Source: Bigelowiella natans CCMP2755
Lineage: Eukaryota > Protista > Cercozoa
Assembly (NCBI GenBank): GCA_000320545.1
Contig: ADNK01002063.1
Span: 13,936 to 77,935 of the forward strand
Direction of reading: 5' to 3'
DNA length: 64,000 bases
This document shows positions 48,870-61,286 of the stretch, in pieces. The position numbers were made by a program, and so were the translations under genes. The notes under the pieces were generated by a model. That model searched no databases. It was not told the origin of the DNA and saw only the letters and a list, made by a program, of their open reading frames with translations. Numbering within the stretch: the stretch's first letter is position 1; the number at the start of each line of letters is the position of its first letter.

Positions 48870-51240
48870 TGCTTTGCATCGCCACCATATTGCTGCTAGT
48901 TACATTGTTCCACAATAGCTAGATCATCATTTTCAAAACCCAGTTGGTTTCACCACTAGACCAGTTAGTCCTGCTCGGGCACTTGCATGCTGCACAGCAC
49001 GTGGCATGCACATGGGGGTTTAACGCCGAAAGTCACCTACGAGAAGGCGAAGTTATTGTACCCTGAAATATTCTACTTCTCAATGTAATAATAGCCTAGC
49101 ATGATATTCGACCGGTTAGACCTGAGTGCACGTGTGCACGTGCTGGCGTGCAGCGTGCTAGCGTGCTGTGCAAACAGTCAAGCATGATGACATGCACAAG
49201 TCTGCTACACAATGTGCCATCATTGTTGTCATTGTGAAATGCTTGAACATTTAATACTTTAATAAAAATACAACTCAAACCGAATCACAGTCAACATCAT
49301 ACTTGCATTCCATGCGCTGCGCGCTGCAAGTTCGAAGCATGCAGCTTGCATGGATTCTGCTTGCCAATGCGATGCATGCTGAAAAAAAGCGATGAGCGCA
49401 TGCACATGGCTAGCTGGTATGATGAACAATGAACAATGATAAAAAACTATATTTCCAAAATGTTACAAGACATTTGCAGTGCACGAAACGCAGTGCCTCG
49501 AACTAGCTTCATCAGTTGTGAGGACTGTGACTAGTGAACTAGATGACAGGCACAGCAACATGTCATGTGTGTAAGACACAGCAACATGACACATGCAACA
49601 CATGTATGACACATTGCATGTCCATCATCTAGCAGGATTTTTTGAATGCTGACATGATCTAGCCATTGTGTCAGCATCATGGTTGCAGCAACAGCACGTG
49701 TGATGCACACACGATGTTGCACGTGCAACACAGAAACGCAAACAGATGAAACTTGAGCGCTGCAGCCGCTGCATTGCACAGCGGCATTGGGATGACCATT
49801 CAAAAAATTTTGACATTTCATCACATCCGTCTCATGTGCAACACGTGCATGACATTGCAATGCTGTGGATGCAGTGTGGAGGGAAATGTGGGCAGTGACG
49901 CAGTGACTGTCCTTCTCATTCCCAAGTGTTGTCCTTCCCCAGAGCCGTTTAGAGTTACGTGTCTGCCATCTTTTGCTCGCACACTGTTCGATGCTGAGCA
50001 ACTAGCAGTAGTGAGAGTTCATTCACACAGTGGTTCCGCTGTTGAAGGGTTCTGCCAGCAAGAACATGCTGGTGCACCTCTGCCGGCTTGTGTCTGTGCA
50101 TTCACCTCTGCCTGCCGGCTTGTGTCCATGCATGAGCTATCTGCGCTCTGCTTGTGATGTTCTTGTCACATTTGCGACATGAATGTGCACCCGTACAACC
50201 CGCCACTGATGATGATGTGGGGACGTCATGCTAGCATGATCTACGGCGTAGCTTTGCAATTCCGCGACGACTGTCACATGCGCAAGCTAGTCTCCTCTGG
50301 TCTACGTTTGGATTTGGAGAGACTCACGAGTGGTCTCTGTTCAAGTTCCAACACTTTTGCACTTTGTTGAGACTTGACGACACAAAAATGAACACATGTC
50401 CGAAGGGTGCTGCAAATTCATCCCTTTGGTGTGAGGAGAAAATGCCTGAATTGCAAATTTTGAAATTTTGCTAGATTGAAAAAATTGAAAATGAAATTTT
50501 TGGTTTCAGCAAAATTTCGTTATTTGGAAATGTTTGTTTGAATTTTTTTGAAAAAGAGAAATTTGGTCAATTTCTCCTCATGCTGAAGGGACAAATCTGC
50601 AGTGCCCCCCCAAATGAAAATTGGAAAAAACGGAGAATTGAAGAACTTTGTGTCATTATGTTTCACGCCATTGGCGGTCGTGATGATTTTGTTGTCATTG
50701 CTTGCACCTCACACAACTGCATGGTCAGCACGTTGCATGTTCTCTAGTTCTGACCACTGGACCATGCTAGCTTGGCGCAGCCGGGTGAACTCGATTGCAA
50801 TCACATTTAGACATGGCTAGATGGCTCTGCTTTGCAAAAATTGGCATGGTCAGAGCGTCACACTGCTGTGTCACTCATCATTCAAGCTCGATGCAATCAC
50901 GTACTAGCGTCGTTGCACATGTCTGTGCAGATATGCGCATTTGCATCATTGAACGTGCATGCACGTGTGTGCAGATTTTGCACAGCTAGACAGCCACATT
51001 TCTAGATTGCTAGATTGCACTTGGGATGACAGTTTGAAGAAATGCAATCATTTCATTGCATCTGTTTGGCTGTCTCATGCTCGCGTGCATGTGGATTGTG
51101 TGTTCACAGTTCAGTGCACATTGCAACGCCATGGCTTACCTTGCGAGCTACAGTGTACTAAAATGCAAGATGAACAACGCAGCCCGCAAATTCACAGGAA
51201 AAGCCATATCGAAACTTAGAGACTCATGAGTACTTAGTCT
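48870..51240. other. Large TpA-depleted intergenic repeat tract
   Basis: TG/CA-saturated sequence (e.g. 49551-49620); many TAs are CTAG; contains paired repeats differing by TG/CA. Confidence 0.85.
50405..50607. mobile_element. MITE-like element or TE end: 37-bp inverted repeats around an A/T-rich core
   Basis: 50405-50441 GGGTGCTGCAAATTCATCCCTTTGGTGTGAGGAGAAA versus reverse complement of 50571-50607, GGGCACTGCAGATTTGTCCCTTCAGCATGAGGAGAAA. No TSD identified. Confidence 0.6.
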
Positions 51241-51639
51241 TACGCTTGCTAGCTACTCCGCGCTGCAATACCTTAAGGCAATGCAATTGGCTATATACGT
51301 ACGATGTGTACAATATGGATACTACATTGTACTCTCACTATGAACATGTAGCGACACATGTAATGGTCCCAAAGTAACTAATTTTGAGGAAGTCGAACAT
51401 TCAATTAGAATTAGGCATGATATGTTCCATGCCCCAAAAAGTAAGTGTATTAAAAATGTGTATATTTATGTAAATGGACATGCACGTGGAAGAACTGTTT
51501 CTTCGAAGAAATTCGCAAGTGTGTAGCTAGGTAGGCGCATGTATACTGTAATAGATTGTATCGATTGTCATTCTAAACAATAAAAGGCATAATTCAACTT
51601 GTTTCTTCACATTTCTGTGCGTTTACTTCGATGTATCAT

Positions 51640-52478
51640 TTGCTCATCTTTTCGAATATATTCCCAGCAACGATAAGATGGTGCTTCCCTAGCTCTGACA
51701 GAATGATACCTGGATTATGTGGACAACAACACGCAGTTAGCATAGTAGTTCATCTGCGGCACAGCTGAACAAACCTGGGCCTGCTTTCATGAATACTTCC
51801 TTCGTCACCCTTCCGTCTGGAGAAAACTTACTATGAACAGCCTTTGTAACATATAGGTCAATATTGAATTGCAATGTACGCTTGCTGGTTGCTACCTTGA
51901 TATTCGTGATGTTGGTATAGAAATCAGACGCCACTGTGAATGCCGTGAATATGGTCGTTTTCATAACAGCGATAGATGCAGTGGTGACGGATCTATTGAT
52001 ATTTCAAAATGTACAGTGCCCTCATGATTTGGATGTATCAATAAGAATGAAATTACGAAGTGAGACTGAACTTCGGATGTTTAGTTTCACCTTTCCATAA
52101 ATCCCATTCTTTTATATTCGGGAGTTGATTGATACAACTGGAGGCCCTTCTTGTAAATCGCCTCTCCAGCTTTCTGGGGTGGGTATAGAAAGCACACCGT
52201 GCAAAAAGAAATATGCATGAATTTATGCTGGTCTCCGTGCAAATTTACATTTAGAACTGGAGAGTAAGTATCAATTTGTGAACGACACGCACCTTTTGTA
52301 TTTGCACTATATCGCGAAACAATCTCTGCAGGTGGAAGGGATCCATCAAGGCGTCTGCTTTGCCCACATACCCTTCGAAAATGTCACCGAAGTTCTCGCT
52401 GCTCATTTTCCCATCTTCTACAGCACTTTTTAGCGCAGACTCAAGAGCAAGCTTCCTGTCGGAAAGTGCAAGATTCAT
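51640..52478 (-). CDS. Hypothetical protein, multi-exon; boundaries approximate
   Basis: Exon-like segments LESALKSAVEDGKMSSENFGDIFEGY...LFRDIVQIQK| and FSPDGRVTKEVFMKAGP (faint EF-hand-like loops). Confidence 0.35.
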
Positions 52479-52815
52479 GAGTCAAGGTGATCTTTGAAGC
52501 GACCCCGAAATGAAATCGCGCGTGGAACGACACAAGGAAAGTTAAGAAAGCTTAGCCTGTGGAACCCACCCTTTCGAAGCTCCCATTTTACGGCTCTACA
52601 ATTTTCAACGCCCCTTTTGCTTTCAAGTTTGGTAAAGGATGGCAACGGAGCGATGGGAAGAATTGCAAAGGACTATGGAGACGCTGTTTACTGTAAATTT
52701 GATGCGATTTTCTACGTGCGACTAGGGCATTCTCGGGAGAGTTTCCACGTAATCGCAGTACAATGTAACTGTGAAAATGGAGCTGATTAGAGAATGTTGA
52801 GAGGGGGAGGCGGCC

Positions 52816-55608
52816 ATGGACCCTTCTTATCGCAACTGCGTCCCGGACAGCATTCATAATGCTCAACCTTCCCAGGAGCAAAAACGTATCAATTTCGACT
52901 CAAATCGCAGATTACGTGATTCTCAACAAGCTACCGCAAAGGTCACATCTCACGAAGATGTGATGGAGAAGGGCAGCACGGACCCTTATCGTAACTACGT
53001 CCCAGTCAGCATTCGTAATGCTCAGCAAAAACATATTGATTCCAACTCAAATCGCACAGTACACTACTCCGATTCTAACGATAAGGCTGCCAGTACGCTT
53101 ATTCCCGGGGAACCATTCGCTTCTTTGGAAGAGCAGTTGAGAAGGGAAAACGAGAAGCTTCAGTTGGAAATTCAGGCTCTCAAACATGAAAACAAGGCTC
53201 TACGACAAGAAAATATGACTCTAAAAAAAATAAAAAGGATGTCAATTTCACCATGGATAGTGAGGACGACGAGGTTATGGCAAACATACGGTACCGGGCT
53301 AAGATTTACACATCAGTCAATCACTCCGCTAAAGTGAACCAAAAAAAGACGGAGATAGGCAAACAATTCATGCTGAAGTTCTCGGACTTCAAAAGAGTTA
53401 GGTCAATCGGACATGGCAACTTTGCCGAGGCATACAAGGTGTCCTTTTGGGACGATAGTAAAAAACATTATGTGTTGAAGGTACCAATAACAAAGGAGGC
53501 CAGTTTGAACGAATTCAAAAATGAGATGATGGGGTTGATGAATGCCCAGGGCCAGGAAAATATCCTCAAGTTCATTGGCATTGTCTCCTCTCCAGATGGT
53601 CGAGATTGCTTTGTAACTGAATTTTGTAAAGTAGGAAGTCTCGACAAGCTCCATCACAAAGTCGATCTGACCCAACCAGAAAAATTCTGGAAAATTGCTA
53701 TGGGGATTGCGGCAGGACTACAGCACCTTCATCATAATCACTACATCCACCGAGACATTGCTTGTCGTAACATCTTGATGACAGAAAATATGGAGGTTCG
53801 CATATCTGTTTTTGGATTGATTGTGCATGCTCCTACGGGAGCGTACGAGAGCAAATTCGAAGAAGAGCTCCCTTGGCCATGGATGTCTCCCGAGACTTTA
53901 GCGTCACGCAACAGAATATTCAAATCCAACTCGGATATGTGGTCTTTGGGAGTAACCATGTGGGAGGTACCTGTAGACATAGCATACATGGTATAATTAT
54001 GCACATAAGCATTGTATGCATGGCATACATTATGCATGTTGCATGCGTTGTATATGTTTTGTCAATTGTGGTAGAAGGGTTAGCACAAATTGTTCATCGT
54101 CATTCATTCTTAGTGAAATTCCACACGCACTTTACATCACTATTTTTAAATTTGCAAATACTTTGAGGCCAATTACCAACAATCATTCTGTTTGCATTGG
54201 CAAATTGTTTCAAAAAAACACATGGGTGACATGGATATAGCTAAAAATTTGATATGCTGAACACAAAAGTGAAATGACTATTGGTGTTCACCAAAGAATG
54301 TGCAATTGATGACAATAGGTTCTGACGATGGGTGAAAAGCCTTATGGATTCGACCAAAGTTTCATACTGGGCATCATCGAAGGAAAGGTGACTCTGGATG
54401 TTCCCAAGAAATGGGAGGGAACATCGATGCAACGCTATGTCTGTGCAATATTCAAAAAAGACATCGTGGATTACTCACATCCTCTGATGTGGGCACTGAG
54501 AAACGATGATTTCGAGACCGCAAAGTTCTTGATCGAAGAAAGGGCAAATCTTGAGGTGGGAGATCATGACAACATCACCACTCTCATGTGGGCAAGTCGG
54601 AGATGCAGGACCAACACGGCGAAATTCTTAATTGAAAATGGAGCAAACTTGGAGGCGAGAGATGACAATGGCCAAACCCCTCTCCTCTGGGCAAGCAATT
54701 CGACCCATTGGGACGAGGGCATTGACACGGCAAAGCTTCTGATCGAGAAGAGGGCAAATCTGGAGGCGAAAGATCGTGATGGTGGCATGACCCCTCTCCT
54801 CCGGGCAGTTTCCAATGGATTGAGGAACAACGCCAAGCTCTTCATTGAGAAGGGGGCTAACCTCGAGGCGAAAGATCACAATGGGTACACCGCTCTCCTC
54901 TGGGCAATCGAAACGGAGACGACCGACGTAGCAAAGCTATTGATTGAGAAGGGAGCAAACATTGAGGCTGAAGATGACAGGGGCATCACCCCTCTCATCT
55001 TGGTGAGCAACACTGACGCGACAGACGTCGCAAAGCTGTTGATTGAGAAGGGAGCAAACATTGAGGCAAAAGATGACTGTGGCCAAACCCCTCTCATGCA
55101 CACAATCATTGCTTTCAAGCCCTACATCGCCGAGCTCTTGATCGAGAAGGGGGCAGATCTAGAAGCGAAAGACGATCAAAGCATGACCGCTCTCATCCAT
55201 GCTTGCAAGGACATCGGCGACCCCAACACAGCAAGAATGTTGATCGAGAAAAAAGCAAACCTGGAGGTGAAAGACAACTATGGCAAGACCCCTCTCATGT
55301 GGGCAAGTGAAGGCACTCATGGCGAGACCTGGACCTTGGAGCTCTTGGTGGAGAACGGAGTAAGCCTGAAGACGAAAGACAACAAAGGCTGCACCTGTCT
55401 TCATTGGGCATGTTCGGATGGGGAGACCGACATCGCAGAGCTGTTGATCAAGAAAGGGGCAAACATTTTTTCAAAGAATGACAGTGGGAAGACGCCTCTG
55501 GAATTAGCTGAGGAAAGAGGCAGAAATCACATGGTGAAATTGCTGAAAAAGCACATCGCCCTGGCCACGAAACGAAACAACAACAACACTGATTGCATGA
55601 ATGACTAG
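52816..55608 (+). CDS. Tyrosine-kinase(-like) domain fused to ~10-11 ankyrin repeats; frameshift and DFG loss suggest a pseudogene or pseudokinase
   Basis: IGHGNFA, VLK, HRDIACRN, VFG instead of DFG, LPWPWMSPE, SDMWSLGVTMWE|VLTMGEKPY across intron 53967-54318, then GANLEAKD..G.TPL ankyrin repeats. The N-terminal coiled-coil ORF is out of frame at the A8 run 53223-53230. Confidence 0.8.
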
Positions 55609-56700
55609 ATGAGTAAGCAGTGTGGTCAGTTGCTTCAACAAGTGACTCTGTGCTAGTCTGTGGTCATCGTCTCCGGTCAACACATGTGCAGAAGGACAAA
55701 AAAGAAGCTGTCAATGACATGTTTTTGTCTTCAAACAACAGAAAGAGCATCGTGCACACATCTAGACATCGTGCACATCACATGCTAGCATGCATGTGTG
55801 TCTGCACATGTCACGCTAGCACGTGTGCGTGTGTCTCGATGAAATGTGGATGCGGGGACGCCTGCAGTCTGATGAGCGCACATGTCCAAAGCTATGCGAT
55901 GCAAAGCGAGGAGACATGCAGCACAGTCTAGCAGTGCATGTGCCCCACCTGTTTCTGCACGCTGCGACACATTGCATGCGTGTTTGTTTCTGGCATTTTC
56001 GCCTGATGAAATTGAAATGACTCTGATGTTGCATGCTAGCATGCACGAACGCAGCACATTCGATCAGAATCAACATTGAGCCCACACAGATGTTCCTATG
56101 GATTGCCTCTGAGCTCTCTTCCTTAGCTTTCCTGCTCCATGTGCTACTATGCTAATCTAGTAACAATAGACATGTAATGTCACATGTCCATGATGCTAGC
56201 ATGCGCCTGCACCGCGCACCGTCCACGTAAATCTATAGCAACTTCTAACAGTTGAGTTGGTCTCTGATCTCATGCATGTGGGCCATCGTATCTAACCATG
56301 GCAGTGTCGCAGTGCACGCCAGCAGCACTAGAGCACGTCAGCTAGTCGGGCGGGCGCCATGGCACGGAGTGAGTGCACAAGTACGACATGATTGGCCACC
56401 CTGCATGTGCCGCTAGTCGCACACCCGCGTTTGCTCTGCTACACCGATTACATCGATGCTGCTGACACTAGGCACACGGCAAGGACGTTCGACAAATGCA
56501 AGGACCGAAGGCATTCCTGCAGCCATGCCCGTGGTGCCGTTGCTCAACAAAACTGTCGGCACAGTAACATGTGTCTGCTGTTGGACAACTTCAAATCACA
56601 CCTCTTAGTCTTGATGCTTAGTGTGTGCCCCTCGCGATGCACTCACACCGTCAGATGCGCATCTGTGCCACTGAACTCTCTATCTATCAAACCTTCGTGA
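55609..56700. other. TpA-depleted intergenic tract between convergent genes
   Basis: In 55609-56090 the TAs after the first few bases are CTAG or CTAN; long CACATG/TGCATG strings. Confidence 0.8.
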
Positions 56701-56813
56701 AGACTCTAACTCTAGAAAGCACTAAATCCTAGCGCATCCCCATATGAAAATGCACCCTTCAATGTTGTTTTATGAGAGCCCAGCCTTTACGCGATGAAAT
56801 ACTTATCTGGCCT

Positions 56814-57791
56814 TCAACGTAACATCGTACCTAGTTGGTGAACCAAAAAATGAGTTTGTTTATCTTTCTGATAATCTTTCTGATAATCAAGCGACAATCG
56901 AATTGTTTTCCAAATCAATCTTTTTGAAATTAATGATCCCAGAATCGTAACAGATACGCTAATCTCTTCCATTACATGATCAATCCATATATCTGGTGCT
57001 CGAAAGCAAAGCATACTGCCTTCCTCCTCTTGCCCCCCCCCCTCCATCTCCAACTTCTTCTTTGCTTCAGCTTCCATTAGACTCATGGTTAAGTTGCTCA
57101 TAAACACCTCTGTAACCAAATTCAACGGGTAAGAAAGGAAGAAAATATTTGATTTCAGAGCCAAATTATTCTTCAGTATAAGAGTTGTTTCACTCATTTC
57201 CGTTCACTGTATACTTGCGCACACATACACAGTGTGTGTGTGTGTGTGTGTGTGTTAATACCATAGAATAAATATTGAAATAAGTTCATGGATATGGAAT
57301 ACTTTGTTTGAGGCCAGCTTTCTCTTCATCCTTCTGCTCCCCATTATTCGTTAGCGTCTCCTTCTCAAGCGTGAGATTAAGGGTCAATGCCTGTAAATCC
57401 AGCTTCGTGATCGACGCCAGCGGACATGGCCACCACACATAAATAAATTAGCGCAACACATCCCTCTGCACAAACAATTGTTGGCTCTCAATTCACATCA
57501 TCATCATCGTTATAGAATTATACAGGGTTGCTCCTTGTTCTACGATGAGTAAGTCCTTTCGCCGATGATCCAGCTGACGGTTGGACAACGGCAGGAGGCT
57601 GCAGAGCAACAATCAGATGGCCTTCACTTATAGCCTGATTTTGATTGAAATGACATAAGTCGTGTGCATCATACTGTTCATAACATAACAACTGGCCCAA
57701 GCTCCAAACACCATCACCAATCTTGGCATCATCAGTATCGTTTTAATCATCGCTGTTTGTTTCGAATATGTGCTTTTTTATGGTAACAATT

Positions 57792-57849
<58 letters not shown>

Positions 57850-59897
57850 ACATATAATATCCATGCAATGCTGAACCTCTTTAACATCCTGTTTTTCTCG
57901 GTAGAAGGGGGCTGCTTTAATCTCTAGCTTCCTCCCCATCCACCACCATCGAGCTCCGGTATGCTTTCCATTTTCATCCCCCTTTGCACTACTACCACCG
58001 CGTGGGGCATCCTTTTCGACGTGCCTTTTCAGCCCCCCCCCCCCCTTCCCTTGTCCGTCGCCGACCTGTAACAGCTTCGAGAGCATGTGGTTAACGTCAG
58101 GCACTTTCAGTGCTGCATCGTCTCCACGATTAGGGTGCGAGGAGGAGGAGGAAGAGAAGGCGGCTGTCGTGGAGTTGAATGGGGCATCTGAACTCGTTCC
58201 ACGCCTTCGATTCGTATTGCTACTGCTGCTGACAAGCTGCGAGCCCTCACCGTTAGAGGCCCCTGCGTCGCCATCAAGAGTATTGCCTCTGGCTGGGGCG
58301 CTACCGCTCTGCAAAAGGGGCATGCACAAGACGTCTCTTTTATCTTTGTGTGTGCGACAAGAACAACAACATAAACCAGCGTCGCTATGTGCTTTCATAC
58401 CGTAGCCCTGCCGTCGGCCTTTTGGTCTCCGATGGTGAGAGGGCTCTCTGAAAGAAGAGGGGGAGAGGAAGAAAAAGTAGAAGAGGGATAAGAAGCCGCA
58501 AATGAATTGGGGGGGTGAAAAGAGGATTAGTAAAGAATCTCCTCATTGCGGCATCTTACCATATTTTCTATCTTTCTCGCCTCCAGCTAGTAGCTGCTGT
58601 CCTTTGTTCGTTTCCCCCCTCCTGGAGGACGCTAGACTGGAAGCTTCGCTATGAATGCCTGACATACTTGAAGGAGTAAGACCTGTGCTTGTGTCTACCC
58701 CGGCAGCAGAGGCCCTTGCTGCCCTACGAATCACATTCGCGATGGCCTGCAAAGATGTACAGTATCGATTTAGATTGCTCCCTTCCCCTCTCTCTCTTCT
58801 CTCTCTCTTCTCTCTTTGCGGCTTTGACTCAAGCGCGAAATGAATACACGTGCTTAGATGAAAATCGATTTGCTGAAAAGAAGATACAATAGGAGCATGA
58901 AGGCAAAGTCTCCCCAGCACTATCGTGTCCTCCAAACTTTGCAAAAAAAAAAAAAAAAACCTAGCGAGGAACTACCTTGATCCATTTATGCGCTGATGAG
59001 TAGCTAGCAACGAGAGGATAATTTCTGCATATAATTCGTAGATAAGAAAGCTGACTCAACTAACTACAGGGAAGTCCCAAACGTAATGCTTCAATGGCCG
59101 ACAAGTAGCAAACAGGCATATTCTTTGAAATCACTGCTTGGCGAATACCTCTTAGGAGCTTGGGCTACGATTGTAAATTTCAGGGTCGCCCCCTCTTTAT
59201 CCGCCGCCTGGTCACTCGAGAATCCTGTCAGAAGTGAGTGGTGGATCATTTAATGGGAGATTGTAAGAGGGGGGAGGGGGGAGGGTGTGCTTAAATGAGA
59301 GACGTATGAACCTTCGTGCTCATGAATGAGAATCTTCGCATCAGACAGAGAAACAGACCCTTGAGGTCCAATGGAAGACGTTCCGCTCTCCTAGTTATAG
59401 CAACAACGCAACCGCACACTGTCAATTGCAGGCCCCAACTAGCGTCTACAAACGCCTTCGCAGCAGGTGGAGCATCGATGTCGTCAACCCACGTAACGGT
59501 ACATATCCCTTTTTAATCCCCCCATCCCACCCCCTTCCGGCTCAATTTCATCAGGCTCTGGATCGTTATTTGGAAATAAAGTGGCTTCTCCATTCGAATG
59601 ATGCGTACCACATCGTATTCACGGTAATACGCCAACATCGGTGGGTCTTGGTACAGTTTGAAGTATCTTTTCCGCCATGTTTTAAAGAAGTCGGCTGACA
59701 AATTGAAAGGTTGTAATTAGTCCCATTCCACCGCATCCCTCGTTCGGCGTTAAAAGATATTTAGTCGTTGTATGCAGGTTTCGAGCTGCTAGAGAGGAGC
59801 CATGAAAGGGACATGAAAGGAGAGTTGAGGTGATCTCTCGTACACTCTACTGCCCACCTTTCTTGTTCAAATAGCCCTCGAGAACTACGTCACCCAT
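56814..59897 (-). CDS. PH-domain protein with low-complexity C-terminus, multi-exon; 3' end approximate
   Basis: MGDVVLEGYLNKK|ADFFKTWRKRYFKLYQDPPMLAYYR...FTIVAQAPKR|NYPLVAS...KWIK|AIANVI is a canonical PH-domain pattern. Confidence 0.8.
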
Positions 59898-60317
59898 GGC
59901 GAGTCTTTGGCACGCCCTCCCCCCCCCCAACCTGGCAGTTGCCGCTTGTTCGGGTTCTTTCTGCGATCGGTCCCGAAAACCTTCAAAATCCGAAAGAACG
60001 CATTGTCGTCCAAAAGAAATGCACTGGGATGTGAATTCTAAGCCCTCGCAATGGTTTTTGCCTGTGGCTGAAGTTGAATACCGGGATTGGATTTAAAGAG
60101 AGTCTCTGGATAATCTCCGTAGGAACCTGAGCAACTGTCGATCTCCCCCTGCAGATAACGAAGGAGAGGCGAGAGTGAGTGCTGAGGAGGACACCACATC
60201 TCTGAAGAGTGTAGCTGAGCTCTAGGGGAGGTTGATTGCGGTCTGGAAGGAACAGAATTTGAAAGTAGTTTTTAAGGGAACGCTTATCTCTGAAGTTGCT
60301 GTACGAGGAGGAGGGAG

Positions 60318-61244
60318 ATGTCGTTGTTTCAATGCCGAGAGTGGTGGGGGCACAGGCCCGACACCAGCGAAGAGTGCGATCAGGTTCTACCCTAAACCAT
60401 CTTTAGTTGTAACGAGATCTTCGGATAAAAAATGAGCAACTAGCCTCAACCCCCTTTCCCGTCCCAATCACGGACTGCATGCATGAGAAAAGGCGCTCTT
60501 TCTTTCCTTCCCGAATATGCTCTCAATATTGCTGCTTCGCAGGGCTGCCTCCTTGTGTCGGATATCGACAACTCCGGAGACGAAAAGAACCTGAAGGTCG
60601 TTACGGGAAACTTCAAGGGCATCCTGAGGATATTTGCCCCTCGCCAGCGGGGGTTCAGGGCTGCAGATCTAAGACTCGAGAAGGACCTTGGAGAACCAAT
60701 CTTGCAGATAGCTGCTGGGCAATTCATATCGGTACCTCAACGATTCACTTCTTTCCTACAAGAAAGAACACATTATATTCGTAACGATGACAGTAACGGT
60801 TGTGATGATGATGATGATGATGGTAATAATAATAGTAATAATAATATTATTGTCTGATTGCGAATTAATTAGTCTACTGCGGAAACGGCGTTGGCAGTGC
60901 TGCATCCCAGGCGGCTCGTAGTTTATTCCGTCAGAGCCACAGCGGGGGGGTTCACTCAAAAGCAAACGAAGGATGACGTCTTCTACTCCTTGGATCAAAT
61001 GTACGTGTTATATTGCATATTATGCATTGGTGGAATACTAAAGCATGATTCGTGGATGTTCCATACCCATATAATACTTCCCCCCCGCCCCCCCCCCCTC
61101 CTCTCTCTCTCTCCCTCTTTCTCTCTCCTTGTCAGGTATGTACATCGCCTCACTCGGACAGGTCAGAGAAGGCCCCGTCAACCAACAACGCAGCTTGCAG
61201 ATGATTTTATCGAAATATTTTGAAACACACACGCGCACGGGGTG

Positions 61245-61286
<42 letters not shown>

